Below, one piece after another: positions 12,689-24,775 of a stretch of DNA of 64,000 nt. Both the position numbers and the translations under genes were made by a program. Positions within the stretch are counted from its first letter, which is position 1; each line of letters begins with the position of its first letter. This DNA is from Octopus bimaculoides (Eukaryota), in contig NC_068987.1 in the NCBI RefSeq assembly GCF_001194135.2, positions 49,403,290 to 49,467,289 of the forward strand, read 5' to 3'. Below the pieces are notes generated by a model. It was not told the origin of the DNA. It saw only the letters and a list, made by a program, of their open reading frames with translations, and made no database searches.

Positions 12689-12821
12689 TATGTACATCAA
12701 CTTCAGTCATGTGTGTTTTCTACTCACTTTTGTAAATTTCTGAATATTTCATCTGCTGGAGTCAACATATGAGTACTTCTATGCTCTTAATACCTGAGGA
12801 AGAAACATGTGTCTATGGCTG

Positions 12822-12858
<37 letters not shown>

Positions 12859-13192
12859 TTGTGAACATGCATGTGTTAATGTATATTTGTAAATGTATGA
12901 ATAAGTGGATACTTATTCAATTTTTCTATATTAATTTTTTTCCACATTTCTGTGCCTCTCATTGTTTCATGTTTAAACTAGTAACAATTTTTCAATTATC
13001 ATAACACTCTTGATGATATGGGTAAACATGGCTTTTAAGTTAATCTAATCTAATTTTATTATATACCCCAATTGGGTAATTATAGAATTAATGATGGTTA
13101 CCCTAATTAAACAGCTGTTGAGCACAATTAGAAAATGAACTATATGTGAAATTTATGCTTTTCTACTTATATCATATATATATATATATATA

Positions 13193-13621
13193 CATATGCG
13201 GGCACAGGACGTCATGAAACGTGTACAACAAAAAATACGAAGTACGAGTACATAGAATATGAACTAATTTTTCAAACAACGAAAAACACAAATGGAAAAC
13301 AAGACAAACAACATAAAGAACGACCCTTCATCAGTTGTTGGCTGTTTTTCTACACTCGTATTTCGAGCATTTAACAACAATAAACGCTTTCGATAAAGCA
13401 AATTAAATAAAATTTGGGATTTTGTGGAGGGTCAAAATTGGTAACACAAACAGGATAGTAAAAACTAACAGGAAGGGCTGCCAAGCCTAAACGTGGTTGT
13501 GGTAGTGAATGTGTAAATGAGCCTTGGACAGGAGCCAGACAAGAACACGTCTTCCTTGTTCCATACTCGTACTTCATACTTTTTGTTGTACATGTTTCGT
13601 GACATCTTGTGCCCACATATG
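13193..13621. mobile_element. Fold-back/MITE-like element with 58-bp terminal inverted repeats
   Basis: 13193-13250 and 13564-13621 are reverse complements with 7 mismatches, all transitions. Inserted next to (TA)n. Confidence 0.75.
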
Positions 13622-13623
13622 CA

Positions 13624-13869
13624 TATCATCATCATCATCATCATCATCGTTTAATGTCCGCCTTCCATGCTAGCATGGGTTGGACGATTTGACTGAGGAC
13701 TGGTGAAACCGGATGGCAACACCAGGCTCCAATCTAATTTGGCAGAGTTTCTACAGCTGGATGCCCTTCCTAACGCCAACCACTCAGAGAGTGTAGTGGG
13801 TGCTTTTACGTGTCACCCGCACGAAAACGGCCACACTCGAAATGGTGTCTTTTATGTGCCACCCGCACA
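13624..13869 (-). mobile_element. Young RTE 3' tail copy running into a gap
   Basis: (CAT)n followed by 'cgtttaatgtccgccttccatgctagcatggg...ggatgcccttcctaacgccaaccac'. Confidence 0.85.
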
Positions 13870-14843
13870 NNNNNNNNNNNNNNNNNNNNNNNNNNNNNNN
13901 NNNNNNNNNNNNNNNNNNNNNNNNNNNNNNNNNNNNNNNNNNNNNNNNNNNNNNNNNNNNNNNNNNNNNNNNNNNNNNNNNNNNNNNNNNNNNNNNNNNN
14001 NNNNNNNNNNNNNNNNNNNNNNNNNNNNNNNNNNNNNNNNNNNNNNNNNNNNNNNNNNNNNNNNNNNNNNNNNNNNNNNNNNNNNNNNNNNNNNNNNNNN
14101 NNNNNNNNNNNNNNNNNNNNNNNNNNNNNNNNNNNNNNNNNNNNNNNNNNNNNNNNNNNNNNNNNNNNNNNNNNNNNNNNNNNNNNNNNNNNNNNNNNNN
14201 NNNNNNNNNNNNNNNNNNNNNNNNNNNNNNNNNNNNNNNNNNNNNNNNNNNNNNNNNNNNNNNNNNNNNNNNNNNNNNNNNNNNNNNNNNNNNNNNNNNN
14301 NNNNNNNNNNNNNNNNNNNNNNNNNNNNNNNNNNNNNNNNNNNNNNNNNNNNNNNNNNNNNNNNNNNNNNNNNNNNNNNNNNNNNNNNNNNNNNNNNNNN
14401 NNNNNNNNNNNNNNNNNNNNNNNNNNNNNNNNNNNNNNNNNNNNNNNNNNNNNNNNNNNNNNNNNNNNNNNNNNNNNNNNNNNNNNNNNNNNNNNNNNNN
14501 NNNNNNNNNNNNNNNNNNNNNNNNNNNNNNNNNNNNNNNNNNNNNNNNNNNNNNNNNNNNNNNNNNNNNNNNNNNNNNNNNNNNNNNNNNNNNNNNNNNN
14601 NNNNNNNNNNNNNNNNNNNNNNNNNNNNNNNNNNNNNNNNNNNNNNNNNNNNNNNNNNNNNNNNNNNNNNNNNNNNNNNNNNNNNNNNNNNNNNNNNNNN
14701 NNNNNNNNNNNNNNNNNNNNNNNNNNNNNNNNNNNNNNNNNNNNNNNNNNNNNNNNNNNNNNNNNNNNNNNNNNNNNNNNNNNNNNNNNNNNNNNNNNNN
14801 NNNNNNNNNNNNNNNNNNNNNNNNNNNNNNNNNNNNNNNNNNN

Positions 14844-15000
<157 letters not shown>

Positions 15001-15647
15001 TAGGATACACATATACACACAAATCAAAATTCACAGATAGACATAAATACATATGTCTTCAGTCTACATGTACACATGTATGATTACAACATACATGTAA
15101 GCATGCAAAAATGAACCTTTGCATCCATACATACATAGACATATATACACACACATAAGTTCAGATACATAGATACACTAAACAATATATCCATACTTAT
15201 AGGATCCCTGCTAGGCAACTGCCATTATGAATCTCCCTTCATCCCAAAGATCTTATAAGGACAGCAGATACAGGTTTAGGTAACTTGGAGTGTGTTTGTG
15301 AATGATAAAAGCAAGAGAACAGCAAGTTATACTTTCTCTCTATATATAGAATATAAACATGTTTGTATGTGTTTGTATGTGTGTGTTTATCTGCCTGCAA
15401 GAGTATATATGTGTATAAGTTCATGTGAACACATGTGAATTATCTTTGTATATTAGAGTATGTTTTATGAGTAAACATTTGTGTACATATTTGTATATCT
15501 GTATAAATGTATGTGTATGTGTATGTGTAGGTGTGTGTACATTTTGGCTGTTTATGTAAGAGGAATATAAAAAAGACACCCTTCTAAGCACACATGCATA
15601 CACACATCTGTACATATAGATACAAATAATGTGAATGTGTGCATGTA

Positions 15648-15711
<64 letters not shown>

Positions 15712-16347
15712 CAGAAATAGCAGATAGTGACAAAGAAACATGGAGTTAGTGAAATACACAGTGAATCACAGATAACATATGCAACACATGCACACAAATA
15801 CCTATATATACTTAATATATACTTATGTAAGTACATAAATAGACGTATACACACACACACATGTATGTATGTCTCTGTATATACATCATCATCTTCAATA
15901 ATAATGAGGAGGAGAATTCTTAGTCTCAGAGCTGGTCAAGTCTAAGAATGTCAGACTGCTGATTGAAGGGCAAATGGTTGGATTCTTGTTGCCTGTACTC
16001 AGCCTAAGACATAAAACTGGCTCAGTTTACCTAACTGTAAAAAGAAGCCATTAAAGGAAGGAAATTCTATGTGGTTACTCCTCAGAGATGGCAAGTACAG
16101 AAGTGAAATCTTTTTTTTTTTGTTTCCATACCTGCTGTCTTTGAAGAGTATGTGGTATTACTTAGCCATGTTGTTATCTAACATCCAGTTCTAGTACCCA
16201 CTATGATACCAGTTGATAAGATCAGTTATAATGGATCTTTAATATTGTATACTTTGATTAATATTTCCATGCTAATATACCCACTCTATTCACAAATATA
16301 TGAATGCATCTCTTTTCTGATTATGGATTCTTAGACAACTATATATA

Positions 16348-16764
16348 GGCGTAGGAGTGGCTGTGTGGTAAGAAGCTTGCTTACCAATTACACGGTCCCA
16401 GGTTCAGTCCCACTGCATGGCATCTTGGGCAAGTGTCTTCTACTATAGCCTCGGGCCGACCAAAGCCTTGTGAGTGGATTTGGTAGACGGAAACTGAAAG
16501 AAGCCCGTCGTATATATGTATATATATATATATGTATGTGTGTATATGTTTGTGTGTATGTGTTTGTGTGTCTGTGTTTGTCCCCCCAACATCGCTTGAC
16601 AACCGATGCTGGTGTGTTTATGTCCCCGTAACTTAGCAGTTTGGCAAAAGAGACCGATAGAATAAGTACTAGGCTTCTAAAGAATAAGTCCTGGGGTTGA
16701 TTTGCTCGACTAAAGGTGGTGCTCCAGCATGGCCACAGTCAAAAGACTGAAACAAGTAAAAGAG
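16348..16764 (+). mobile_element. Full-length tRNA-derived SINE (family A here) with internal (TA)/(TG) microsatellite
   Basis: Head 'ggcgtaggagtggctgtgtggtaag...ggttcagtccc', CORE-like 'cttgggcaagtgtctt', tail 'gactgaaacaagtaaaaga'. Confidence 0.9.
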
Positions 16765-16974
16765 TATATATATATGTGTTTGTGTGAATGTGTGTGTGTG
16801 TGTATGGCATGAGTATATGTCTGTACATGTGTATATGTGTGCATGTGTGTGTGTGTGTGTGTGTGTACAAAGACATGTCAAGTTAAGTAAAATTAGGGTT
16901 GTCTTTACAAACAGGCATGCTTCCTGCATCCCTCTTCAGCTGAGCGTTCCTAATGTTGTGGGATTGTGGGAGCT

Positions 16975-17210
16975 GGTGCCATGTAAAATGCACTTGTATT
17001 GGTGCCATGTAAAAGCGCTCATGCTGTTGCTGTGTAAAAAGCACACAGTGCACTCTGTAAAGTGGTTGGTGTTAGGAAGAGCATCCAGCCATAGAAACCA
17101 TGCTAAAACAGACATGGATCCTGGACAGCTCTTCAACTGGCCAGTTCCTGTCAAACCATCCAGCATATTCCAGCATGGAAAACGGACATTAAATGATGAT
17201 GATGATGACG
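16975..17210 (+). mobile_element. RTE 3' tail repeat
   Basis: 'gtggttggtgttaggaagagcatccagccatagaaacc...gcatggaaaacggacattaaa' followed by (GAT)n. Confidence 0.8.
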
Positions 17211-17470
17211 GTATATAACAGGTAACTCTGGAAGTATACTTTTGTCAACATGGGCAATACCAGGAAACATGACATACATACAATAATTACAATTTAACTT
17301 TTATCAAATTTATTTTGCTAATAGAAAATAATGAAATAAATACTCATTTTTATTTATTACTTTAAAACAAAATTAAATAAAAAGTTATCTAAAAAGTAAA
17401 AACTATTGAAAAACAAAATCACTTTTCAAGCTGATTTTATATTATGGAAGTTCACCCCCACCCCCTATTT

Positions 17471-17501
<31 letters not shown>

Positions 17502-17504
<3 letters not shown>

Positions 17505-17892
17505 TTTTACTCTTTTACTTGTTTCAGTCATTTGACTGTGGCCATGCTGGGGTACTGCCTTTAGTCGAACAAATCGACCCCAGGACTTATTCTTTGTAAG
17601 TCTAGTACTTATTCTATCTGTCTCTTCTGCCGAACCACTAAGTTACAGGCACGTAAACACACCAACATCGGCTGTCAAGCAATGTGGTGGGGACAAACAT
17701 AGACACATGCAAACACACACACATACATATATGACAGGCTTCTTACAGTTTCTGACTACCAAATCCACTCACAAGGCTTTGGCCAGCCCGAGGCTATAGT
17801 AGAAGACACTTGCCCAAGGTGCCACACAGTTGACTGAACCTAGAACCATGAGGTTGGGAAGCAATCTTCTCACCATGCAGCCACACTGCGCC
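17502..17892 (-). mobile_element. SINE family A copy, convergent with 16348
   Basis: Reverse complement of the 16348 element from tail to head. Confidence 0.9.
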
Positions 17893-18125
17893 TATATATA
17901 TATAGGTGCACACACATACACACAGTGTCCTTCTCTTCCTCTGTCTCTATGATTCTTTCTTTCTCTCTCATTGTGTATGTGTGTGTAGTGTTTCCTTACT
18001 CTTTGACTGTCACCAAACCTAGTATATGCACACATCCTGCACCTTTTAAGTAAACTCTCTTTCTCTCTTCCTCTCTGTATATGATGTGAAAAGAAATCAA
18101 TCCACTGACATTTTTATCAGCTATC

Positions 18126-18217
<92 letters not shown>

Positions 18218-18575
18218 ATAGATAAATAGATAGATAGAAATTCTATGATTTGTTTCAGATAGCTAGATAAAAAAAAGGGGAGGTATTTACCCTTCAACGA
18301 AATGACATATGATACATCAAGGTGATAGATAAAGGTAATTATATACGTTAAGTATGCCAATGAAAGGTAAATTAATATATTATGTCAATAATGAAAGGTA
18401 ATCCTTTCTTTTTTTTTCCAGAATATATAAATAGAAGACTATTCCATATCTTGATTGATTTCGTGAAAATTGTTTTCATGAAAATTGTTGAAAATTGTTT
18501 CTGAAACCAATTTCTAAAACTCAATTGTTGTTGTTGTTGTTGATGATGATGATGATGATGATGATGCCCAGATGC

Positions 18576-19195
18576 AGTACCAGGCAGTGGCTCTCATGGC
18601 TTCTGATCTTAATTGATTGGAAGTGTCATCATGTACATTGTTTTGTCTTGGTATAAAAAGATGGGCTACAGCAAATATTTTGCTTAATACCACAGATTTG
18701 CTTGTNNNNNNNNNNTTTGTCTTGGTATAAAAAGATGGGCTACAGCAAATATTTTGCTTAATACCACAGATTTGCTTGTCAGTTGTTTGGCCTTAACCAG
18801 TTGAGCATATCCCTTGGTGGCTGACGATATGTGCATCTCTGATCATGAGCAGAAGTAGTGGGGGGGCATCATAGCCATGTCTTGAGAGGAATTCTTTGGA
18901 GTTTGAATAATTCACCTTTTGGAAACATGGGTGTTTTGCTCAACATCCTTAAACAAACCTTATTCAGGAACCTTTTGAGCGGGATGGTCTACTCGACCTG
19001 AAGAAAATTCTCACTGGGCCCCACCTGCAAGGTCATGCGTTATTTATCTTGATATGAGATCACCATGTTGCACACATATGGTTGTGATGCATGTGCCTGG
19101 TGTACCCTTATCAGACAGGTAGTCATGATGAGTATATTGGGCTTCGTATATTTTACCCCAATGTCACTTTGATGGCATGCACTGCTCTCTCACTC
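18576..19195 (+). mobile_element. Unclassified interspersed element (family F), core about 543 bp
   Basis: Homologous end to end to 29917-30459 (minus). Flanked by trinucleotide repeats. Contains a 67-bp duplication around a 10-N gap. Confidence 0.75.
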
Positions 19196-19222
19196 AATAA
19201 TAATAATAATAATAATAATAAT

Positions 19223-20390
19223 CACCACGCTGACTTTGAACAGTGACAATGAATCTCTAAATGCTGGAGATGTAAGAATTTCATGTGGCATTTTCCAGGG
19301 TGACTCACTATCACCACTCCTCTTTTGTCTAGCCTTAATACCTCTCTCAAAATTGCTCAATGATGCACAGTACGGTTATGAAATGTTTGATAAAAATATA
19401 AACCATCTCATTTACATGAATGATTTAAAGCTCCTTGCAAAAAATGACCAACAACTCAAGGGCTTATTAGCGATTGTTAAACAATTCAGTCATGACATCA
19501 GAATGCAATGTGGCCTCGATAAATTCTGCAAAAGCTACTTTTATCAAAGGAAAAATGACAGAAACATCTAACGTTAAGCTTGACCAGCAGAATGTCATAA
19601 AAGCATTAGACCCAGCCGAGAGCTACAAATACCTAGGGGTACTTGAAGGGGACAGAATCAGGCATTCAGTGATGAGGGAAAGGATCGGGAGAGAATGTTA
19701 TCACAGGGTGAGAGTAATACTCGAGATAGAGCTGAGTGCAAGAAACAGGATCGAAGTGATCAATGCTTTAGCCATACCAGTCATGACTTACAGCTTCAAT
19801 ATCATTAGCTGGTCAATTACTGAAATATGTAATCTTGACAGAAAAATATGAAAACTGTTGAGAATGCATAGAATGCACCACCCTAAGGCAGATATAGAAC
19901 AACTTTATCTGCCAAGAAAAGAGGGAGGCCGTGGACTTTTACAAATGGCATTAACAATGAAGATTGCCACAATTGGCCTAGACACCTATCTGAAAAACTC
20001 TGAGGACTGGAAGTTAAAACTTGTCTCAAAACATGAAAACAAGAAAGCATCATACTCAGTAACAAAACAGGCAAAGGAATATCTAAGTGAATTCCAAATA
20101 CAACAAATTCCAGAATTAGACATACAAGAAACAAGCACAGAAAAAGTTAAGCGCATGAAAACCCGTACTAAAACTGCTGCCTTAGATATTATGACTGATA
20201 AATGGCAAGAAAAACCTCCCAATGGCAAATACCTAAAGAGAGCTAATAATGCCAATGTTGACAAAGCCCTTACCCATCAATGGCTAATGGCCTCTGGCTT
20301 AAAATCTGAAACAGAAAGGTTTATCATAGCAGCCTAAGATCAATTCCTACCTACAAGAAACTACCAGCCAACATATTAAAGAACGGTAGC
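19223..20390 (+). mobile_element. 5'-truncated R4/Dong-like non-LTR retrotransposon (RT and downstream domain)
   Basis: Motifs GIFQGDSLSPLLFCLAL, HLIYMNDLKL, SYKYLGV and HHPKADIEQLYLPRKEGGRGL. Begins immediately after (AAT)n. Confidence 0.9.
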
Positions 20391-20705
20391 TTCATGGGTG
20401 ATGTGCTGTTGTTTGATTTTTATAAACATGTCCACAGGTAATAGAAGTATTGAATTTGAAAAGGTGGCCAAAGTTGTTGTTGGAAAGATGGTGGATAAAT
20501 TTATGGGCTTCTACCAAGTCAGCTGCTAGACTTCAGAGCTTTAATGCATCAATACCCATAGAAGCAATATGTTCAAGATATTGTGACTGATAGAGGGCAT
20601 TCATCTGATTGCATATCTCAGGACAGCATTCAGTAGATCAATATTCTGGGCAAGATGGGGGTTTCAGACTGGAGATGCAAACTCTATGAACGTACCACAG
20701 CCATA
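20388..20705 (-). mobile_element. CR1/L2-like LINE C-terminal remnant
   Basis: Degenerate translation 'EFASPV*NPHLAQNIDLL...AADLVEAHKFIHHLSNNNFGHLFKFNTSITCGHVYK' resembles the CR1/L2 ORF2 end. Confidence 0.65.
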
Positions 20706-20735
20706 TATAGCTTTAAATAAAAAGTCAGGGCAGGT

Positions 20736-21845
20736 GGTTGAGTAAACTATAACTTTTAAAATAGAAATGATTGAATAAAGATCATTCCTAAGGCACAGGT
20801 CATTAAGTGAAAGAAATTTCCAGGCCTCATATGGTTGAATAAAATTAATTTCTAAAGCATAATTAGTTCACTAAATTTAATTCATTAGTAAATTTAATTT
20901 CAAAAGCAATTATTTCTGAACCCTAGGTGGTTGAGCAAAACTAATTCCCAATCTCATTTAGTTGAGCAAAGGTGAATATGATTGAGTAAAGGTAAATTTA
21001 GGACTATTATGATTGAGTTAAGGTAATGTTTGAACCTTGAATTGTTGATTATTAGTTTCAAAATCTCTTTTAGATGAATTAATGGTAATTTACTTCAAAT
21101 TCAAATGGTTGATAATAAAAGTCATATATCTAATGATCAGGTATTTTAAGGATAAAAGTAATTTCTAAGACACAAGGTCTCAAATGAAGGCCATCTATAA
21201 AGCTCAGATAAATAATTATAAGATATTTCTAAAGCTCAAACTGTTGGTATAGAAAATTTCTTGTGGCATAGTAGGTCATGCCCCAAGGATGTCAAGCAAG
21301 GAGAAGGAAGAAACCTAAGGACCTACACCAGGAGTGAAAAAGGTGACATTAGGTAAGGAAGCAGGAGATTTGAGAGGTCTTTTTTTTGGACAGTTAGGGT
21401 CAGCTAGAATGGACATGTGGTTAGAGTCTCTGTGTATTCAAGCTTCTGGTCAGAGGTTTGGGTTGTGAGAGTCTCTGAGTTACACAGCATGTTTAAGTTG
21501 GTGATTGAAATGTTCTCTTTGAATCATTCCCAGATGTTATGATAAAAGAATTCTTATTCTTTATGCTATATTTCTAAAGCTCAAATGCTTGAGCAAATAT
21601 AATTTCAAAACTTAAATTGGTTGAGTAAGAGTAATTTTTAAATTTCAGATGCCTGAGTTAAGGCCAATCTTAATTTTTAACTGATTTAAGTACTCTTAAT
21701 TTGTAGGGACCATGTATGTGAAAAAAAAGATACAATATATGCTCTTTTTGTTGAGTAAAGGTAATTTATAAAGCAAGATTGAGTTTAAAGCTCAGTTTAT
21801 TAATAATAAAAAAACAATTTTAAAATTCAAGTCCTTGAATGAAAT
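20736..21845. repeat. Degenerate minisatellite, unit about 31-33 bp
   Basis: Recurring 'ggttgagtaaaggtaatttctaaagctcaaat'-like units at 20736, 20833, 20929, 21619 and 21750. Interrupted at about 21255-21560. Confidence 0.6.
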
Positions 21846-21849
21846 TATT

Positions 21850-22045
21850 CTTTTCTACTCTGGCCACAAGGCCCGGGATTTGGGGGGGGGGGCAGTCGAT
21901 TAGATTGATCCCAGTATGCAACTGGTACTTAATTTATCAACCCCAAAAGGGTGAAAGGCAAAGTCGACCTTGTTGGAATTTGAACTCAGAACGGAAAGAC
22001 AGATGAAATACCGCTAAGCTAACATTTCAGCCAGCTCACCACCTT
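21850..22045 (-). mobile_element. SINE family B copy with 17-bp target-site duplication
   Basis: Flanks are 'ccttgaatgaaattatt' (21833-21849) and 'ccttgaataaaattatt' (22046-22062). Confidence 0.85.
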
Positions 22046-22698
22046 CCTTGAATAAAATTATTAAACTCAATCTAAGAGGTGAAAGAGACGGAGATTTAGT
22101 GGTGGAAGAGAAAAAAGTAGAGAAAGAAAGAAGTGGGAAAGAAAGAGAACAGCAGTAAAATAGACAGAGGAAGAAAATGAGAGCAAAATAGAAGAGAGAA
22201 AAGGAAAAAAAATAGAGAACTTTTTTATTTTTACTCTTGGGCCATTTATTTATTTTGGTAAATTATGTTAAAACAAATTTGTGACATGATAAACTGAAGC
22301 CAGCAATATGGAAATTCACTTGTTACTGCCTAAAATTTGTTTGGTACCTGAACTGTTTAATATAATGAAGTCTCATGTTACACAACACATGTACAGGTGC
22401 GCATGCACACACACACACACACACACACAAGCCATGCAGGCAGATAGCCACCCACACAAACAACTGTGCCACACTTGCAGAGACGTAGAGTAAAGGTTAA
22501 ATCAAGATACAGTCTTGTAATTCTGGTATACAAAGCACGCCAACTTTGGTAATGCTAACATGATACAGAAGAATACTTTTCAAGCTACACACTTGCAGAC
22601 ATACACATACACACATACACACACACACACATGCACACATAAATACACAAGCACACATATATTTAACTATTCAATGTGTATATAACACACACACACAA

Positions 22699-22729
<31 letters not shown>

Positions 22730-23842
22730 CATACATACATACATACATCTTCTATTTTCATCTTTTATCTTTTACTTGCTGCAAATCACTGGACAGAAGT
22801 GAGATACCATCTTAAAAGGTTTAGTCTGAATCAAATCAACCCTAGTACTTAATTTTTAAGTCTGGTACTTATTCTTTCAATCTCTTTTGGTGAAACGCTA
22901 AATCACAGTAAAATAAGTAAAGCAACTATGTTGCAAAGCAATGGGGTGGGCGGCAGAACACACACATACACATGACATGCTTCCACACAACTTCCATTTA
23001 TCAAACTCACTCACAAGATATTCGTTAGCCAAGGACAACTGTAGAAGAGATTTGTCCAAAGTATTATGCAATGAGACTAAGCCTGAGACCACATGGCTGG
23101 AAACCATCTACATACATAGATACACACACACACACACATATATATATACATATATGTATTCTTTTGGTAGTTTCAGCTCTAGGGCTGTGGGCATTATATA
23201 TATATTATATATAACACTTATTAATTTTTTCTGTATGTGACTGTGGATTTTCATGAATGAGTTCATGAACTTTGGTTCTTTTCTCTAAAACTATATATTT
23301 ATATATTTTATACTGTGAAACTTAATTTAATTTCAATTTTTGATAAATTGAATTTAATTGAGTTTTTACCTGTAAATTTGGATTTTTATCCACTCACAAT
23401 GCTTTGGTCAGCCAAGGCTATAATAGAAGACATTTACCCAAGGTACCACACAGTGGCACTGGACCTGGAACCATGTAGTTGGGAAGCAAGCTTCTTACCA
23501 CACAGCCACGCCATGTATATGTATGTATGTATGTATGTATGCATATGTTGTGGCGAGAGTCACGACACTCCCTGTGAGAATAAACTTGACCAAACGACTA
23601 TAAATAGTAGAAGTCTGTGTGAGAGATGGAGAGAGTAGGTGTTAAATGCAAGAAGTCACAAGGTGTTGTTTTGGTAGTTTGTCAGAATATCATTTGTTGG
23701 TTCGTGTATAGTTCATGGAGAGTTTGTTGGATTGTTATGTTGTTGTTACCCTGCTTTGTTATATGTTTTATTGTTTCTACATGGTTATAGTGTAAAAAAA
23801 GTATCGTCATAACAATTGGTGATACAACAATATATTATATGT

Positions 23843-24035
23843 AATAAAACAAATGAACAGGTTTTATGGTATCACAACAATTGTTTCATTAAGACACTTT
23901 ATTGTGATGTAACTATGTACAAGAAGGTATGCAGTAACAAATTCATGCCTTCTTGTATATAGCTACATCACAATAAAATCTTTTACTGAAACAATTGTAA
24001 TGATACCATAGAAGGATTCATTTGTCTGTTTTATT
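23843..24035. repeat. Long imperfect palindrome (arms about 90 bp, 12-nt loop)
   Basis: Left arm '...ttattgtgatgtaactatgtacaagaaggtatg', loop 23932-23943, right arm 'catgccttcttgtatatagctacatcacaataa...'. Pairing extends to 'aataaaac'/'gttttatt'. Confidence 0.85.
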
Positions 24036-24244
24036 ATTGCATTATGCTATGTGTATACTTCTATATTACATTGGATGAGTTTGGATTTGCAGCATGTGAA
24101 CTTGTCTGCATTGACACTCTCTTCACAAACTGACTGGCCTATTTTATCTGCTGATTTGTGTCATACTGTCTAGCTATTACATGTGGTATGCTTCACACTG
24201 ATCTGCCTTGATCTATGTATTAGATCCCCATCAAATATCCATTA

Positions 24245-24291
<47 letters not shown>

Positions 24292-24744
24292 CTAATAAGG
24301 AGGGATCATCAATCCAGGCAAAATATATCATAAGCTCTCTGTTGGCACACCAAGCTAATACTATTGTTCAAANNNNNNNNNNNNNNNNNNNNNNNNNNNN
24401 NNNNNNNNNNNNNNNNNNNNNNNNNNNNNNNNNNNNNNNNNNNNNNNNNNNNNNNNNNNNNNNNNNNNNNNNNNNNNNNNNNNNNNNNNNNNNNNNNNNN
24501 NNNNNNNNNNNNNNNNNNNNNNNNNNNNNNNNNNNNNNNNNNNNNNNNNNNNNNNNNNNNNNNNNNNNNNNNNNNNNNNNNNNNNNNNNNNNNNNNNNNN
24601 NNNNNNNNNNNNNNNNNNNNNNNNNNNNNNNNNNNNNNNNNNNNNNNNNNNNNNNNNNNNNNNNNNNNNNNNNNNNNNNNNNNNNNNNNNNNNNNNNNNN
24701 NNNNNNNNNNNNNNNNNNNNNNNNNNNNNNNNNNNNNNNNNNNN

Positions 24745-24775
<31 letters not shown>

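Noticed and set aside
13320-13345. Perfect CTGATGA on minus as a hammerhead core
   Set aside because: No stem II plus GAAA follows, and no stem I or III pairing was found.
18639-18782. 67-bp direct repeat around a 10-N gap
   Set aside because: Typical unmerged contig overlap, and absent from the second copy of element F.
23549-23780. Possible solo LTR (TG start, TATAAATA at 23599)
   Set aside because: No convincing CA end with TSD, no PBS or PPT, and no second copy.
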